Assembly (NCBI GenBank): GCA_025558095.1
Contig: JAIVFI010000004.1
Location: forward strand, 310,001 to 374,000
Reading direction: 5' to 3'
DNA length: 64,000 nucleotides
From: Hyaloraphidium curvatum SAG 235-1
Taxonomy: Eukaryota > Fungi > Monoblepharomycota
The notes under the pieces are model-generated. The model was not told the DNA's origin. It saw only the letters and a list, made by a program, of their open reading frames with translations, and did not search any database. The position numbers and the translations under genes were made by a program. Below, piece after piece: positions 10,601 through 24,794 of this stretch (position 1 is its first letter; every line of letters begins with the position of its first letter).

Positions 10601-11206
10601 CACGGGCGTCGCGGGAGCGGGAGACGGCGCGGCAGCCTGCTCCATCCGGCCGTCAACATCTCCCCATGGGCATTCAGCCGCACCACCAACCCTCTCCGCC
10701 CTCGCCTCCGCCAGCGTGACCCTGTCCAGCTCCCTGGAGTAGTATCTGTCGTCCACCACGGCCCTAGCCTCGTCCAGAAGCGTGTACCCGTCCTCCCGCG
10801 GCCGTTTCCGCGACGCCGCCGTGTCCTCCGACCCCGGTGACGACATGTCCTCCGCCGTCGGGATCGCCGCGGCCAGGTGCGGGTACAGCACGGGCAGCTG
10901 CTGCTCCAGGATCATGGTGCGTGCGCGGAACGAGGCCACATAGTTGGCCGACTCGAGGTTCGGTGCGGCGGGCAGCGCCTGGAGCATGTAGAATCCGTCC
11001 CACTTTTTCTCCGACTCGAGCGCGTTGCGGAATATCTGCAGGTGCTCGTCGGAGAGGTACGCGGCGGCCACGCCGAGCGCGTCGAGGCGCTTGGCGATGT
11101 GGAACGTCGTCGAGACTCTCGGCGGGGTGGGCGGCTTCGGGGGCACCGCGGCTCCGGCCCCGTCGGCGGTGCCTTCGGCCGTCGCAGGCCGGTCCTCGTC
11201 CTCCAT
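7659..11206 (-). CDS. SPT7: SAGA complex subunit Spt7 (bromodomain plus histone fold), multi-exon
   Basis: SKWASDVRIGQEELYEAAEKV; bromodomain PFLIKVNRREYPDYY..PMDLGTMTKKLK..IWSNCFTYN; histone fold LLAHEGFESAKPEALNVVTD; FVSGNLGEDLGIDILGLKELGI. Confidence 0.92.
9476..9755 (-). repeat. Coding tandem repeats in SPT7: 15-nt (QR/EA pentapeptide) and 9-nt (KGS) arrays
   Basis: Translates to KGSKGAKGSKGSKGSKGSK and ERLEAQRQEAQRLEAQRKEAERLEAQRLEAQ. Confidence 0.8.
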
Positions 11207-11371
11207 CTCGGACGAGGCCGCGGAATGGGAAGGGGTAAGGGGTTTCCAAAGTCGGTGGAACGCTACAACGGCGGCGCTGCGACCTGCGCGAGCTCTGGCT
11301 GACATACTCAGAGTAGCAATAGACGCCTGGAATCGCTCATCCGGACAGTTCGACGCGCCTTTAGTTGGGAC

Positions 11372-11899
11372 ATGGCGTCGCCGAGCGGAACGCCGGGCGC
11401 GGGACGGCCCGGGTCGCCCGCCGGCCCCACTCCTGTCGCGCCCATGCTCTCGGCCCCGCCTCCCGGACGCGGCTCGGTGGCACGGCCGCAGATGACGCCG
11501 CAGATGCTGCAGCTGCTGTTCGCACTCGGCGACGACCGGCCGTACGCCGACACCGCCGCCGCGCTCGAGGCCATCCTGCTGGACTACGTGTCGAACCTGT
11601 CGGCGGCGACAGCGCGCAACGCGCAGCGCAGGGGCGGCCGCGTGCGGCTCGACGACGTGCTGTCGGTGCTGAAGCGCGACCCGCCAAAGTACGCGCGCGC
11701 GTCGGAGCTGCTGGTCAAGGTCAAGGAGATCGACCAGGCGCGAAAGACCGTGGACGTGCGCGCCTACACAAAGGGCGGCGCGGAGGTCGACGAGCTGTTC
11801 AAGGGCGGCGCGAAGGAGGAGACGCTGGAGGGCGTCGACGTCGAGGCCGAGATGGACGCGGGCACGCCCGGTGGTGCGGACATGGACATCGACCTGTAG
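11372..11899 (+). CDS. TAF13: TFIID subunit TAF13 (TFIID-18kDa histone fold)
   Basis: LLFALGDDRPYADTAAALEAILLDY and LDDVLSVLKRDPPKYARASELL motifs. Confidence 0.85.
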   Translation: MASPSGTPGAGRPGSPAGPTPVAPMLSAPPPGRGSVARPQMTPQMLQLLFALGDDRPYADTAAALEAILLDYVSNLSAATARNAQRRGGRVRLDDVLSVLKRDPPKYARASELLVKVKEIDQARKTVDVRAYTKGGAEVDELFKGGAKEETLEGVDVEAEMDAGTPGGADMDIDL

Positions 11900-11993
11900 A
11901 ATTGCGGGACGAGTGGCTCAAGCACGGTTGTACGGGCGTGGTTCCCGTTGTGGGGTGATCAAGGTAGCATTTGCCGACGAGCATTCATCGTCT

Positions 11994-12917
11994 CTACGCC
12001 GAGGACGGCGCCTCGCCGTGCTGCGCCTCGCCAGGCAGCGCGTCTGCCGGCTTCTCCTCGGCGGCCTTTTCTGCCGCCTCCTTCGCCGCCTTGGCCTTGC
12101 CGCCCCGCTTTGCCGGCTCATTCCACTTGCCCAGGATCTCCCGCACCTTTGCCATCACCAGGCTCGCCGGGTCCGTCGGCCTCGCCAGCCGCTCGTCGAT
12201 CGTCTCTGGCCCGTTCTCCTCCTCGCCCTCGGGCACGTTCTCGGCCCTCCACTGCGCCTCGACCTGCCTCATCCGCCCGCCGAACCCGACCCTCTCGGGG
12301 GTCCACCGCTCCACGTCCACCCGCACCCCCGGCGGGGCGTTCTCCCGCAGCCACCACTCCCACGCGTCCGCGGCCCTTCCTGCGGTCCCGCGCACCTCGA
12401 GCACGCGCAGGTGCACCTTGCGCTCGAACAGGTCCTTGGTCTTGGCCTGCGCGAACGGCGAGCGGTTGACGCGGTAGCGCCGCAGGAGCGGCGGCGGGGT
12501 GCGCTGCTGCAGCGGCAGCCGCAGGGCGCGCGCGGCGTGCTCCGCGAAAAACGAGTAGAACGAGACGTGGTCCGGCATGAACGACGAGACGGTGGCGCGC
12601 GCGAGGAGCGGCGCGTCCGGCGCGGCCTTGGCCGGCGGCAGCACCGGGATGGCGAGCTCGGGGACTGCGGGCCATCAGCACTCTGGTTTAACGTCTTAAA
12701 AATCCTATGGCAACTCACTTTCCAGCAGCTCGCGCGTGTAGAAGTTCTTTGCGTCGTCGGGCACCTCGACCTTCTTCGTCGGCCGCCACGCGTCGCTCGG
12801 CCACGCAACGCCGCCGTGCAGCCGCGGGAACGCAGGCGGCGTCGAGCCGAACGCGCGGGCCCCGGAAGGCGCTGGCGCGCGGGCGCGCATCGTGCGGGGG
12901 AGCCGCGGTGGTTGCAT
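11994..12917 (-). CDS. Mitochondrial ribosomal protein uS10m (Rsm10-like), 1 intron
   Basis: VNRSPFAQAKTKDLFERKVHLRVLEV is the S10 signature. Arg-rich presequence-like first exon; intron at about 12665-12718. Confidence 0.8.
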
Positions 12918-13474
12918 CGTTGGTCTGGGGTGGTGACGCGTCGATTTGTTGACAACTCAATCATCGGACCGCCGTCCTCGCCAGGAGGGCTCATCGCCGC
13001 GAAAGTCGGCCAACGCCTCTTTCACTGCTTCCCGCTACATCGATCGCAGCCGGTACCTGGGTGTGCTGCCGGCACAAGGGCTCCGATCGCGGTCCGCTTC
13101 CCGTGAACCCCGTCGCGCCCTCCTCCCCATCCCCTCGCGAGCATTCCCCCGAAACACGACCGGAAACCGCATCTGAGAAGCTAAAAGAATCATTGGGTCG
13201 CGGGATGGAGCCGTGATGGCTGCGGTTCGGACGGTTCGAGATCCCCCGACGCACGGGGCCAGCCCGCTACCGCTGCAGCAACGGTGCCGAAGCCGGCACG
13301 GCGCATCCGAACGACTTGCAAGACCCGAGATCGTCATCGTTCAGGTGCTAAATCTGAGTTTTCGATGTTCGCCATGCCCGACCGGCGTTGCGCGCTATTT
13401 CCTTTCCTGGCTCATTCGCTGCGGCTTCGCCTCGTCGCGCGTTCCCACCCCAGGTCCCCCCTCTCCCGGCCACG

Positions 13475-16060
13475 ATGCGGGCGCTGATCCTCGCCGCCTT
13501 CCTCGCGGCCGTCGCTCCGGCGACGGCACAGCTGTCGTCGGGCTCCGGATCGCTCTCGGCGACCCGGACGGCCGCGCAGACGGCGACCATCATCCGCCCC
13601 GCGACGACCACCTCCGCGGCCCCCTCCTTCGAGCCGCTCCCGAGCCCGACGCTGTGGGACAACATCCTGAAGGTCACGTCGGGCGAGATCAGCCCGGGCT
13701 ACCAGTTCAACCAGTTCAAGCGGCTCGTGGACGCCAACCCGGCGATGCGAGACCTGCTCTGGGGCCGCAACTTCCCCTCGCGCACCAACATGACCCTGTT
13801 CGCCTTCACCGACTCGGGGTACACGAACATGGGGAGGGTGTTCGGGGCCGGCTACGTGGCGTACGTCGAGGGCCAGTCCGCGGACCTGATCAAGTGGGTC
13901 CCCCCCCGGGGAACCGGCCCGCTGGGCCCCCAGCGCGGTGCTGATGCCGCGATCGGTCCCGCAGCTACCACCTCCTGCCTAAGCGGATCCAGCCCCTGCC
14001 CGAGGAGTTCCTGTGGGAGCGCACGATGCTGGGCAACACCGGCGGGCTGAGCACGGTACCCATTCCACCGCCGAGGTCCCGCCGCCCGCGCTGACGGACG
14101 CCTTCAGATTGCCGAGGGGCAGGTCATCCAGATCGATGCGACGGTCAAGCCGCCGACCCAGGCCCAGTGGAAGTACGTCCAGAACGGCTTCAACGCCCAG
14201 GGCCGGATCGTCGACACCCTGCCCGCGACGTGGGTCCCGTTCGGGCCGCCCTTTCGATGGATGTGGTGCTGACGGGCGGTATTCGTAGCAACGGGATCAT
14301 CTACGTCGTCGACCAGGTCGTCGTCCCGCCCTTCGCCCCCAGCCAGGTCGCCAAGACCGGCGGGGACGCACTCAAGGGCTTCTACGACGCCCTCGAGCGG
14401 AGCAACGCCGCCGCGGCGGTCGACGGTCTGACCCGCGCCACTGTGTACGTTTTGCTGGCCGCGCATGGCCCTGCCTGCTCTGATCGTCCTCCGCAGCTTC
14501 GCGCCCGTAACGTCGGCGTGGGACGAGATCCCCCAGATCTTCACCGAGCTCACCACCGCCGAGCTCCAGGACGTCATGAACCACCACGTCATCCCCAACC
14601 AGATCCTGTTCGCGTCCAACATCACCAACGGCGTGTTTGTCCAGACCGCCTCGGGGGAGACCCTCGACTTTATCGTCGACGGCGACTCGATCCGGATCAC
14701 CGACGAGGTGAACGACGCGCTGGTCGGGATCAAGGACACCGTGACCAAGAACGGTCTGGTGGGCGTCGCCGTCGCGGGCGGTCCGATTCGCGGCTGACCG
14801 TACCTTCACAGCTCCACCAAATCAACAAGGTCCTGCTGCCGCCCAAGTTCAAAAAGCGGCTACTCCCCACCATCATGGACACCGTCTCGCGGATCAACAC
14901 CGCCGCGATCGGCGTCAAGAACTACAAGCTCGGCACCCTGGAGGCGCTCCTCGACAAGATCCCCTCCTACAAGGCGATGCTCAACGGCACCGCGGGCGGC
15001 AACGGGACCATCACGCTCTTCGCGCCCACCGACCGCGCCTTCTTCAACATCGCCCCCACGGACGGCCTGGTCTCGGAGGACCAGGTGCCCGCCGTCCCCG
15101 AGATCCTGGCGTACCACGTGCTCCCCTCGGAGACCAAGGCCGCGGACTGGACCGGGAACGACGTCTTCCGGACCATGCTGACCGACAAGGGCGCGCTGGG
15201 GCTGACCAGCCTCGACGGGCAGAGGCTCCTCGTGGCCCGCGCCAACGAGTCGGGGGTGTCGCCGAGGCAGGCCGAGACGGACTGGGCGCTGAAGCCCTAC
15301 GAGTGGGTCGTGCTGCACGGGGCCAACCGCGTGGCGAGCATCGTCGACACGATCGAGTGCAAGTGGGTCTTGAAACGTTCTTTTGCGGCGTTCCGGAGTT
15401 GCTGACCGGCCGCTTGTTCCAGGAACGGCTTCATCCACATTGTTGACAATGTTTTGGTTCCCCCTGCCACGGTGACCGAAAGCGCCCGGAGCCTCGGTTA
15501 CACAGCCTTCGTGGACGCACTGGCCGCTCTTGGCCGGAACGCCACCATCGACGGCCTGCAGAGGGTCACTGTGTAAGTGCAGCATGCGCCTCTCGGATTG
15601 CGCTCGCCCTGATCCGCAAACCCACAGCTTTGTCCCGACCAACGAGGCCTTTGCTGCCGTTGCCGACTCGATCGGCGCCCTGACTCCCAACCAGCTGGAG
15701 TCTGCCCTCGCTCACCACATCCACAACGGGCTCGTCTACTCGGACGTGCTCGCCAACGCCTCGTCGGCCACGATCGTGACCGCGGACGGCACCGACCTGA
15801 CCCTCACCAAGCTGGCCAACGGCACTGTGACGGTGGACGGGGCCACGGTGGTGAACGCGGACGTGCTGACCAAGAACGGCGTCATGCACGTCGTGAACCG
15901 GGTGCTCGTGCCCCGGGTGCTGCCCTCCGCGTCGAGCGTTGCCACGGGCACCGCGACATCGGTGCCGACCTCGACCTCGCGGCCGGCTTCGGCAGGGAGC
16001 ATCAAGGCGGGCTGGATGGCTGCTGGTGTCGCCGCTGCTTTGTCGCTGGCTGCGATCTAG
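13475..16060 (+). CDS. Secreted, probably GPI-anchored multi-fasciclin (FAS1) domain protein, about 7 introns
   Basis: Signal peptide MRALILAAFLAAVAPATA; repeated TLFAPTD/FVPTNEAF and NGxIHVVxxVLVP FAS1 motifs; Ser/Thr stalk and hydrophobic C-terminus. Confidence 0.9.
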
Positions 16061-16117
16061 ATCGTGCGATATCTTTGATATTTGCTATTGGAACAAGCTT
16101 GAAACCACAATGAGCGA

Positions 16118-17549
16118 TCACACGAAGCAGCCCTTGAGCAACGGGTCGTTGTCGATCACGTCCCGGATCTCGGGAACGCAATCGCGCGAGCTCAGCACAG
16201 TGTAGAAGTCCTTCTTAACGTTCGGCGCCTCTGCTGCGGCCGCGAGCCAGTCCTCCCGACTGAAAGGCTTCTGCCGGATGCAGTCCCAGAAACCCGTATC
16301 CGTGAAGAGCTTCCCGATCCGCTCCGTGGCTTGGCCCTGCAACCGAGTGATTATGTACGTCGCAACCCCGCACTGCAAGCCGTGCGGTTTGGGCGGCTGG
16401 TTGCGCGACTCGGCGAGATTGTCGAGGGCATGCGACAGCAAGTGCTCGGAACCCGACGCCGGCCTCGAAGAGCCGCAGATTTGCATCGCTATTGGCGAGC
16501 CGACAATCAATCAGTGCTTGCAATATGGACGAAAGTGAACACACCGATCCCGTTGAGCATCAACGAGGTTCCCAGCAGCCGCATCCCTTCCAGATCCCTG
16601 GTCGGGTTTGCGATGAACTGGTACACGGTCGAGTCGGAAAGTAGGGCGGCAAAATCGTTGACAGGGGTGCCGTCTTTGTGCCACGCAAGCTTCCAGTCGA
16701 ACACTGCCGTGGCCTTCGCGGCGAGGTCGCCCACACCGCTCAAGAACAGAGACGCGGGTGCAGCTAGGCACACCTGGGTATCGATAATGACGCCAAAAGG
16801 CATGTGCGAAGGCAGAGAGCGCTTCCGACCGTTCACCGTGAGGGAGGATTGGGGGGAGCAGAACCCGTCGTTCGACAAGGAAGTCTGCCCGCTGCCGCCT
16901 CAGCTCGGGTCGACTTGGGAGCATTCCACCACTCACCGGAACGGCGAAATATGGCTTCTTGAGCATGAAGCTGACGTATTTTGCGATGTCGAGGGCCTTC
17001 CCGCCACCCAATCCAACGATCGCCTGAATGTTGGTCGGCAGATTCTTGAAGAGCTCCACCGCGTTCTCGAACGAATCGTCGTCGATCTCGCACTGTGCAA
17101 CAATCTGTATCGGCTCCGACGACTCGTGCCCCTCGACGATGGCCGAATCGACCTGGGCCGATTTGCCAAAGATGCCCGTTCGCGGAAGGCTCATGCGACG
17201 CGTCGCCTGGGCCGGAGGCTCGGACCCGTTCGGTGCAAACGCTGTTGGGTTCCCGCCCGGACCGGCACTCTTGGTCGGCTTCGCGCAGCCCTCGACGACG
17301 GCCTCGACATGTTGGGGCGGGAGCCCCTTGGAAACGAACAGGGCAATGTGCTGGAAACCGAATCGCCCCACGTACTCCCCGATCCGTCCGAGAACTGTCC
17401 ATGAACACGCAGAGGTAGCCAATTGTCGAATGTGGAGGGCAGCCGTCAGTCATTCCCATGTGGAGGTAGGGTTTCCGGGGTTCACCATTCGGCTTGATGC
17501 GGACCAGTGTCGGCACCTCAATTTGGGCACCGAGCGAAGAGTACGACAT
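16118..17549 (-). CDS. Glycerol-1-phosphate dehydrogenase (EgsA/AraM)-like metal-dependent alcohol dehydrogenase, about 3 introns
   Basis: GLGGGKALDIAKY, PTSLSNDGFCSP, SGVGDLAAK, SSRPASGSEHLLSHALD and HGLQCG metal-binding motifs, spread over ORFs 16511-17422, 16507-16878 and 16118-16510. Confidence 0.85.
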
Positions 17550-17743
17550 GGCCAAGACGAGCACGAATTGCTTTCGACGGTCTGAAGAGAGGCGGCGGCG
17601 GCCGATGTGGCGTGCCTCCCAACCGCCGAGGGCCCTGATCGAAAACTCCGAATCCCCAGCGACCGATCACAGCGCTTTCTTTACTGCTGCCCACTCTTCG
17701 AGCCACAGCAGTGCGTCTTTACATGAGAAGATACAACCGAGCT

Positions 17744-18529
17744 CTACTTCACCATCCTGGTAGAGAAAATGGATGAGAGCCCACCAGCCTGGTGCTTTGC
17801 CAGCCAGCGCTGGTACCGCTTCCACAAGTCGTCGACGTCTGATCCTGTCAGAAAGTAGAAGAAGGATTCCTCAAACTTGTGCGTCGCCATCATCTGGTTG
17901 AGGCGTTGGACAAAGAGAGGATGCGGTTCGTCCAACCAAATGAGAAACCAGGTCGCGGATTCGTCCGTCCAAGGGGTGTTCTTCGGCGCAGGGCGGGGAA
18001 CGCGCCAGCCGATCGGCGCGTAGCCGTTCTTGACACGCGTCCAGTCGGCGACGCCCTCGATCAGGCAGCCAGGAGCAGTGCCCAAGGCGTCCCATTGGAA
18101 GGCGTGGGTCAATTCGTGCGTGAGCACCCCCGGAAGCTCGCGCTTCATGATCATGTGCCCGCCTGGAGAGTTTAACACGTCGCGGAGATAGAGCGACGAA
18201 AGGTGGGTATGGATCACGTGGCCCGTCTTGTCGCGGTCCGTCCACGCGACTCCAGGCTCACGGACCACGTAGAAGTGGACGACTCGGCGCGGAGGGACAA
18301 GCATCCATTCCCGGTCAGGCAGGTAGCCCAGCCGAATCATAACGTCCTTGCAGATCCGTGCGAGCCAGGCTGTCACTTGATCGCCGGGCACGAATGTCTC
18401 GAAAATGCCCCCGGTGTCCTCGGAATCGTCCCGGTTGATGTAGTTGAACTCAATCCCCGGCCACGTGTCCGGCGCGGGCTCGGCGGTCTCGGTAGACACG
18501 CGACGCGCGGGAAAGCACGGGAGCCCCAT
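17744..18529 (-). CDS. BSP (basic secretory protein / plant-bacterial peptidase) family zinc metallopeptidase
   Basis: GVAWT, GVLTHELTHAFQW (HExxH) and LIEGVADWTR. Likely start MGLPCF at 18529, since further upstream the ORF overlaps the divergent gene. Confidence 0.85.
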   Translation of the reverse strand: MGLPCFPARRVSTETAEPAPDTWPGIEFNYINRDDSEDTGGIFETFVPGDQVTAWLARICKDVMIRLGYLPDREWMLVPPRRVVHFYVVREPGVAWTDRDKTGHVIHTHLSSLYLRDVLNSPGGHMIMKRELPGVLTHELTHAFQWDALGTAPGCLIEGVADWTRVKNGYAPIGWRVPRPAPKNTPWTDESATWFLIWLDEPHPLFVQRLNQMMATHKFEESFFYFLTGSDVDDLWKRYQRWLAKHQAGGLSSIFSTRMVK

Positions 18530-18667
18530 TGCACGCTTCAGTGGATGCAACCCTAAATGAAACTGAAATTTCTGAGAAGCGATGCTCAATGTCGTGGGCG
18601 TTTCGCTGAATTCCACGTTCATCCGCTGAGAACGGTCGATAAAAGCGCCCGAAAAGGAAGCATAACG

Positions 18668-19652
18668 ATGGAGGGATCCGTGATTGGACCGGGAGCTGGA
18701 CCGGGAGCGCCGTCTCGGCTCACGCTGACTTTCGGCATCTATTGTCCAATCTGCTTCGTGAAGGTCGGCAACCATTTCTCGATGCCCCGGGCCTTCATTG
18801 ATTCCTTCGTTCCTTTTCAAGGTGCGAAACCCTGTTGCATGCCCCAGGGGCCACGTCTTCTGCAAGTCCTGCTTCGAAACATGGAAGTCCGCGAGCGGAA
18901 ACGCGGTACGCTGCCCCACATGCCGGGCTCCCGCGGACGACGCCTTGACCCTGATAGGAGGCCCGGCCGCTGACCCCGACGAGAATGTCGACTTTGCAAG
19001 CCCCACACTCGCGGCCGAGCTGGCCGAAGCCAGGCGATTGCGACGCGTGCGTATCGAGGCTGTGATGAGGCATTACGACGCCGAGAACACGCGCTGGGAG
19101 GAGGCCAACCGAACTCTCGCCAACGAGCTTGCTGCGGCGCGGCGCCGTATCGCCGAACTGGAGCAGGATCTGACAAGGGCCCCGCCTACGCCGTCGACGG
19201 CATCGTCCGGCACGCTCCATGTGCCTTCTTCTCACTTGACAACCCCGACAAAAGCGGCGCTGCTCAAGATTCGCTTCCGTACCGGGGCGGGCGCCGCTGC
19301 GCCGCGGCAACCGAACTTTGAACAGGACGATGATCCGCTTCCGCCGCAAAAGCGTGCGCGCGTGGATCTGGACGCCGCCAGGGATACGGAGGCTCAATCA
19401 CAAGTTGTGGCGGCGCTCCAAGACGAGATCGAAAGACTTGAGGCAGAAAACGCGGCGCTACGGCAAGCCGCGTCAGCCGTCCCGCCGTCGCCGTCAAAAT
19501 GGCCGGGACACGAGATTTCCAACTCGCGGCTCAGGATCAAGGAGCTGGAAAAGGAGCTAGCGGCAACGAGGAAAGCTCTAGATGTCGCAGACGACTACAC
19601 GGAAAAGTTGTCGGCGCGAATCGCGGAGCTGGAGACGACCGGGAGACGGTGA
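18668..19652 (+). CDS. RING finger plus coiled-coil protein, 1 intron
   Basis: CPICFVK, intron, VRNPVACPRGHVFCKSC...CPTC; three coiled-coil segments follow. Confidence 0.75.
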
Positions 19653-19982
19653 CCAAAGTTCCCAGAGCGAGAAACATGTCTTGAGGAAATGCAATCTGTG
19701 GCGGGGAAGCACGTTAGCAACTCGCTCAGTCGGTTTCCCTCCACTGCATTCCGTATCGCGGCTCAGAGTTTGGACAGAGTTTCGGCCATCTTGGGCGCCG
19801 GAGCGTCCTTATGCCTAACGAGGAATTCCACCGATGTCTCGGCAGAATGGCATCCTTGCCATAGTCGCTCATTTGCCGGTCCGATGCTCACCTGAGGAGG
19901 GCTCGCTGCTTTTGTTTACTCCGAGTCTCGGCGTGGCGTCATCACAACGGCCGCCGGCCGCCGGGTCGGCCCGGTGGCCATC

Positions 19983-22436
19983 ATGGAAACTCCGATATCG
20001 GTTCTGCACGCTCCAACTTTGGCGCTACGGAGGCTCAACCAGACGGCCGCGCCTTTGATTAGGCAGGCGGCCAGCAAAATGGCCTCCCGGACGCCCAAGC
20101 TGTACGGGAGTCCGGGGGCGGCGAACGTGCTGGTCTATACCGGCCCCGGGACGTCCAAGTTCGCCGTGGAGAACACGCTGACGACGCTCAAGGCTCTGCT
20201 TGTGGGCCAGTATGACGTGATGAGCATCGACGCCAAGGTCATCCTCAACGAGCCGTGGCAGGTTGGTAGCATCGCCCGGATTCCCGCCCCTGGCTAACGC
20301 GGCGCGGAACAGGAATCCACTGCGATGCTCGTCATTCCCGGCGGACGCGATTTGCCGTACGTCCGCGAGCTGTCTCCGCGGGGAACGGCCCTCATCAAGG
20401 ACTACGTGGAGAAGGGCGGGCGCTACATGGGAATCTGCGCGGGCGCGTACTTTGGCTGCGACAGGATCGAGTTCGAAAAGGGCCGGGAGCTGTACGAGGT
20501 GACCGGCGACCGGGACTTGAAGTTCTTCCATGGCCTCGGCGTGGGCAGCGCGTATCCGGGCTTCGTGTACGACACGGAAGCTGGAGCGAGAGCGATCGAC
20601 ATCGTGGCAACGCAGCCCAAACTCGAGGCCCCGGAGGCAGCTTCTGCTTTTCCGCCGGTGGAGAACGATGCTCGGGTCATCAAGACCTACCACAACGGGG
20701 GTTGCGCGTTCGTGGAGGACGAGACCAGCTCGGTTCCTTCCCTCGTGCTGGCCCGCTACGCGCAACCTGTCGTGCTCTTTTCGGGAGAAACCATGGCGGA
20801 CCCGAACCCGCCTGCGGTCGTGCTGACCCGACCGGGACAAGGGTATGCCCTCCTTTCCGGGGCACACATCGAATACGACGCGGCGCTCGTCTCTCGACAA
20901 AAGGGCGGGAAGGAAGCGAAGCTCGGGGAGCTCGGTCCCGAGCTGATGAAGACGGAAAGCGACAGGACGAACTTCATGAAGGCGTGTTTGCTCGCCATGG
21001 GACTCCGGGTGGGCCCGTCTCCCGCAGGCGGTGCGGAAGCCGAGCCGGAAGGCAGCGCGATCGCTCCCATGCCGACTACCGCGCACCTGACTTTCGGGGA
21101 CGATACTGGGGCGGCTTTCCTGCCGGACCTCAAAGCAAAGTTTGCCGCGCAACGCGAGGTCGTCGAAGGACACGAGGTTCCCGTTCTGGAGGACTCGGCG
21201 TTCCGCCTGCGGATGTTTGACGAATCGGAGTTGAAGAGCAAGGACGGTATCGAGGATGTCATTGCCCACTTTCAGGGCTTGGATCTGGACGCTCAGTTGA
21301 AGGCACAGGTTGTCACTGGCGATGCTGCGCCGGCGCTGCCGAAGCCTGCAGTCAACTTCGTGATCCACAAGCCCGGGCAATACCCCTCCACCTCCGAATC
21401 CCCCTACTTCAACCACTTCCTGTACCACGAAACGCTGTCTGCGCTGACCCGGTCTTCCACGTCGATGGCCCCCATGTTTGGCGCGGCAGTGTGGCATAGC
21501 CACGTCATTCCCAGCACTCAGACTCTGCTCGACAAGTTGGTCCACGTGGCATCGCCGTTCCGAAACTCGTTTCTGAAATCGTGATTACAGGAACTTCAAG
21601 TTCTCGACGGCCCTTCGGGACGGCTTCACCGCCGTCGCCACGCACCAAACCGCGGGTCGCGGTCGTGGCCGCAACTCGTGGATTTCGCCCCTCGGATGCC
21701 TTCAATTCTCCCTCCTCCTCAGCCACCCCCGTGACGCCCCTCCGGTTGTCTTCATCCAGTACCTCTTTGCTTTGGCGGTGTGCGAGGCCGTGCGCAGTCG
21801 GCCCGGATGCGAGGACCTGCCTGTCCACATCAAGTGGCCCAATGACGTCTACGCCAAGTTCAAAACCAAGGGAGCCGACGGGGCAGAGAAGGAAGAGCTG
21901 AAGAAGCTCGGCGGCATCCTCGTGAACTCGAGCTTCTACGACGGAAAGTTCCTCATGGTCATTGGTGAGATTCGATGACGATTGCACGGTGCGGTCTGCT
22001 TACTCGGTCATTCTCCGCAGGCCACGGTCTGAACGTCGCCAACGCCACGCCCTCGACCTGCCTCAACTCTGTTCTCGACTACCAATATCCGAACGGCCTG
22101 CCATCGGGAGTTTCGTACTTTACCCAGGAGGAGATCCTCGCCGCCATCCTCCACCGGTTCAGAATCCTCTACTACGACCACTACCTCACTGGCGGATTCG
22201 ATTCCGTCGAAAAGAGGTACCGAAAGTACTGGATCCACCAGGACCAGGTCCTCGGCATCGAGAACCTGGAAGGCAAGGTGAAGATCAAGGGCATCAACAG
22301 CGCGGGCGAGCTTGTCGTGGTGAAGCTGGACAAGGATGGCAAAGAGCGCGCGGGCAAGGACGCAACGCTGTGCCTGACGCCGGACGGGAACGGCTTCGAC
22401 ATGATGCGCGGTCTTCTGGTAGCGAAGAGCACATGA
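19983..22436 (+). CDS. BPL1: Biotin--protein ligase (holocarboxylase synthetase) with BPL_N domain, multi-exon
   Basis: NVLVYTGPGT, PGGRDLPY, YMGICAGAYFG (BPL_N); STQTLL, QTAGRGRGRNSW, IKWPNDVY, KLGGILVNS, LTPDGNGFDMMRGL. Confidence 0.95.
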
Positions 22437-22503
22437 ACGGCATTGGCAAAACTCAATACAGACTACACCCGACCCCGGCACACGAGAGCGCGCTGCTTCC
22501 CGT

Positions 22504-24664
<2,161 letters not shown>

Positions 24665-24794
24665 CCTGCCGAGGTTTCGCCGGCGGGAGTGGAGGATGCG
24701 GGGCGCAATAGTGCACGATTCGTTTGGAGTGCGGAGGGGCGACGCGCCGCGGCAGAAAGCCGACGAAGGCGGCACACGAATGAAATCATTCGAT

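Noticed and set aside
2096-17549. Aminocyclitol biosynthetic cluster (DegT aminotransferase plus DHQS-fold G1PDH-like gene)
   Set aside because: The genes are about 13 kb apart with seven unrelated genes between them. The second gene has dehydrogenase rather than cyclase motifs.
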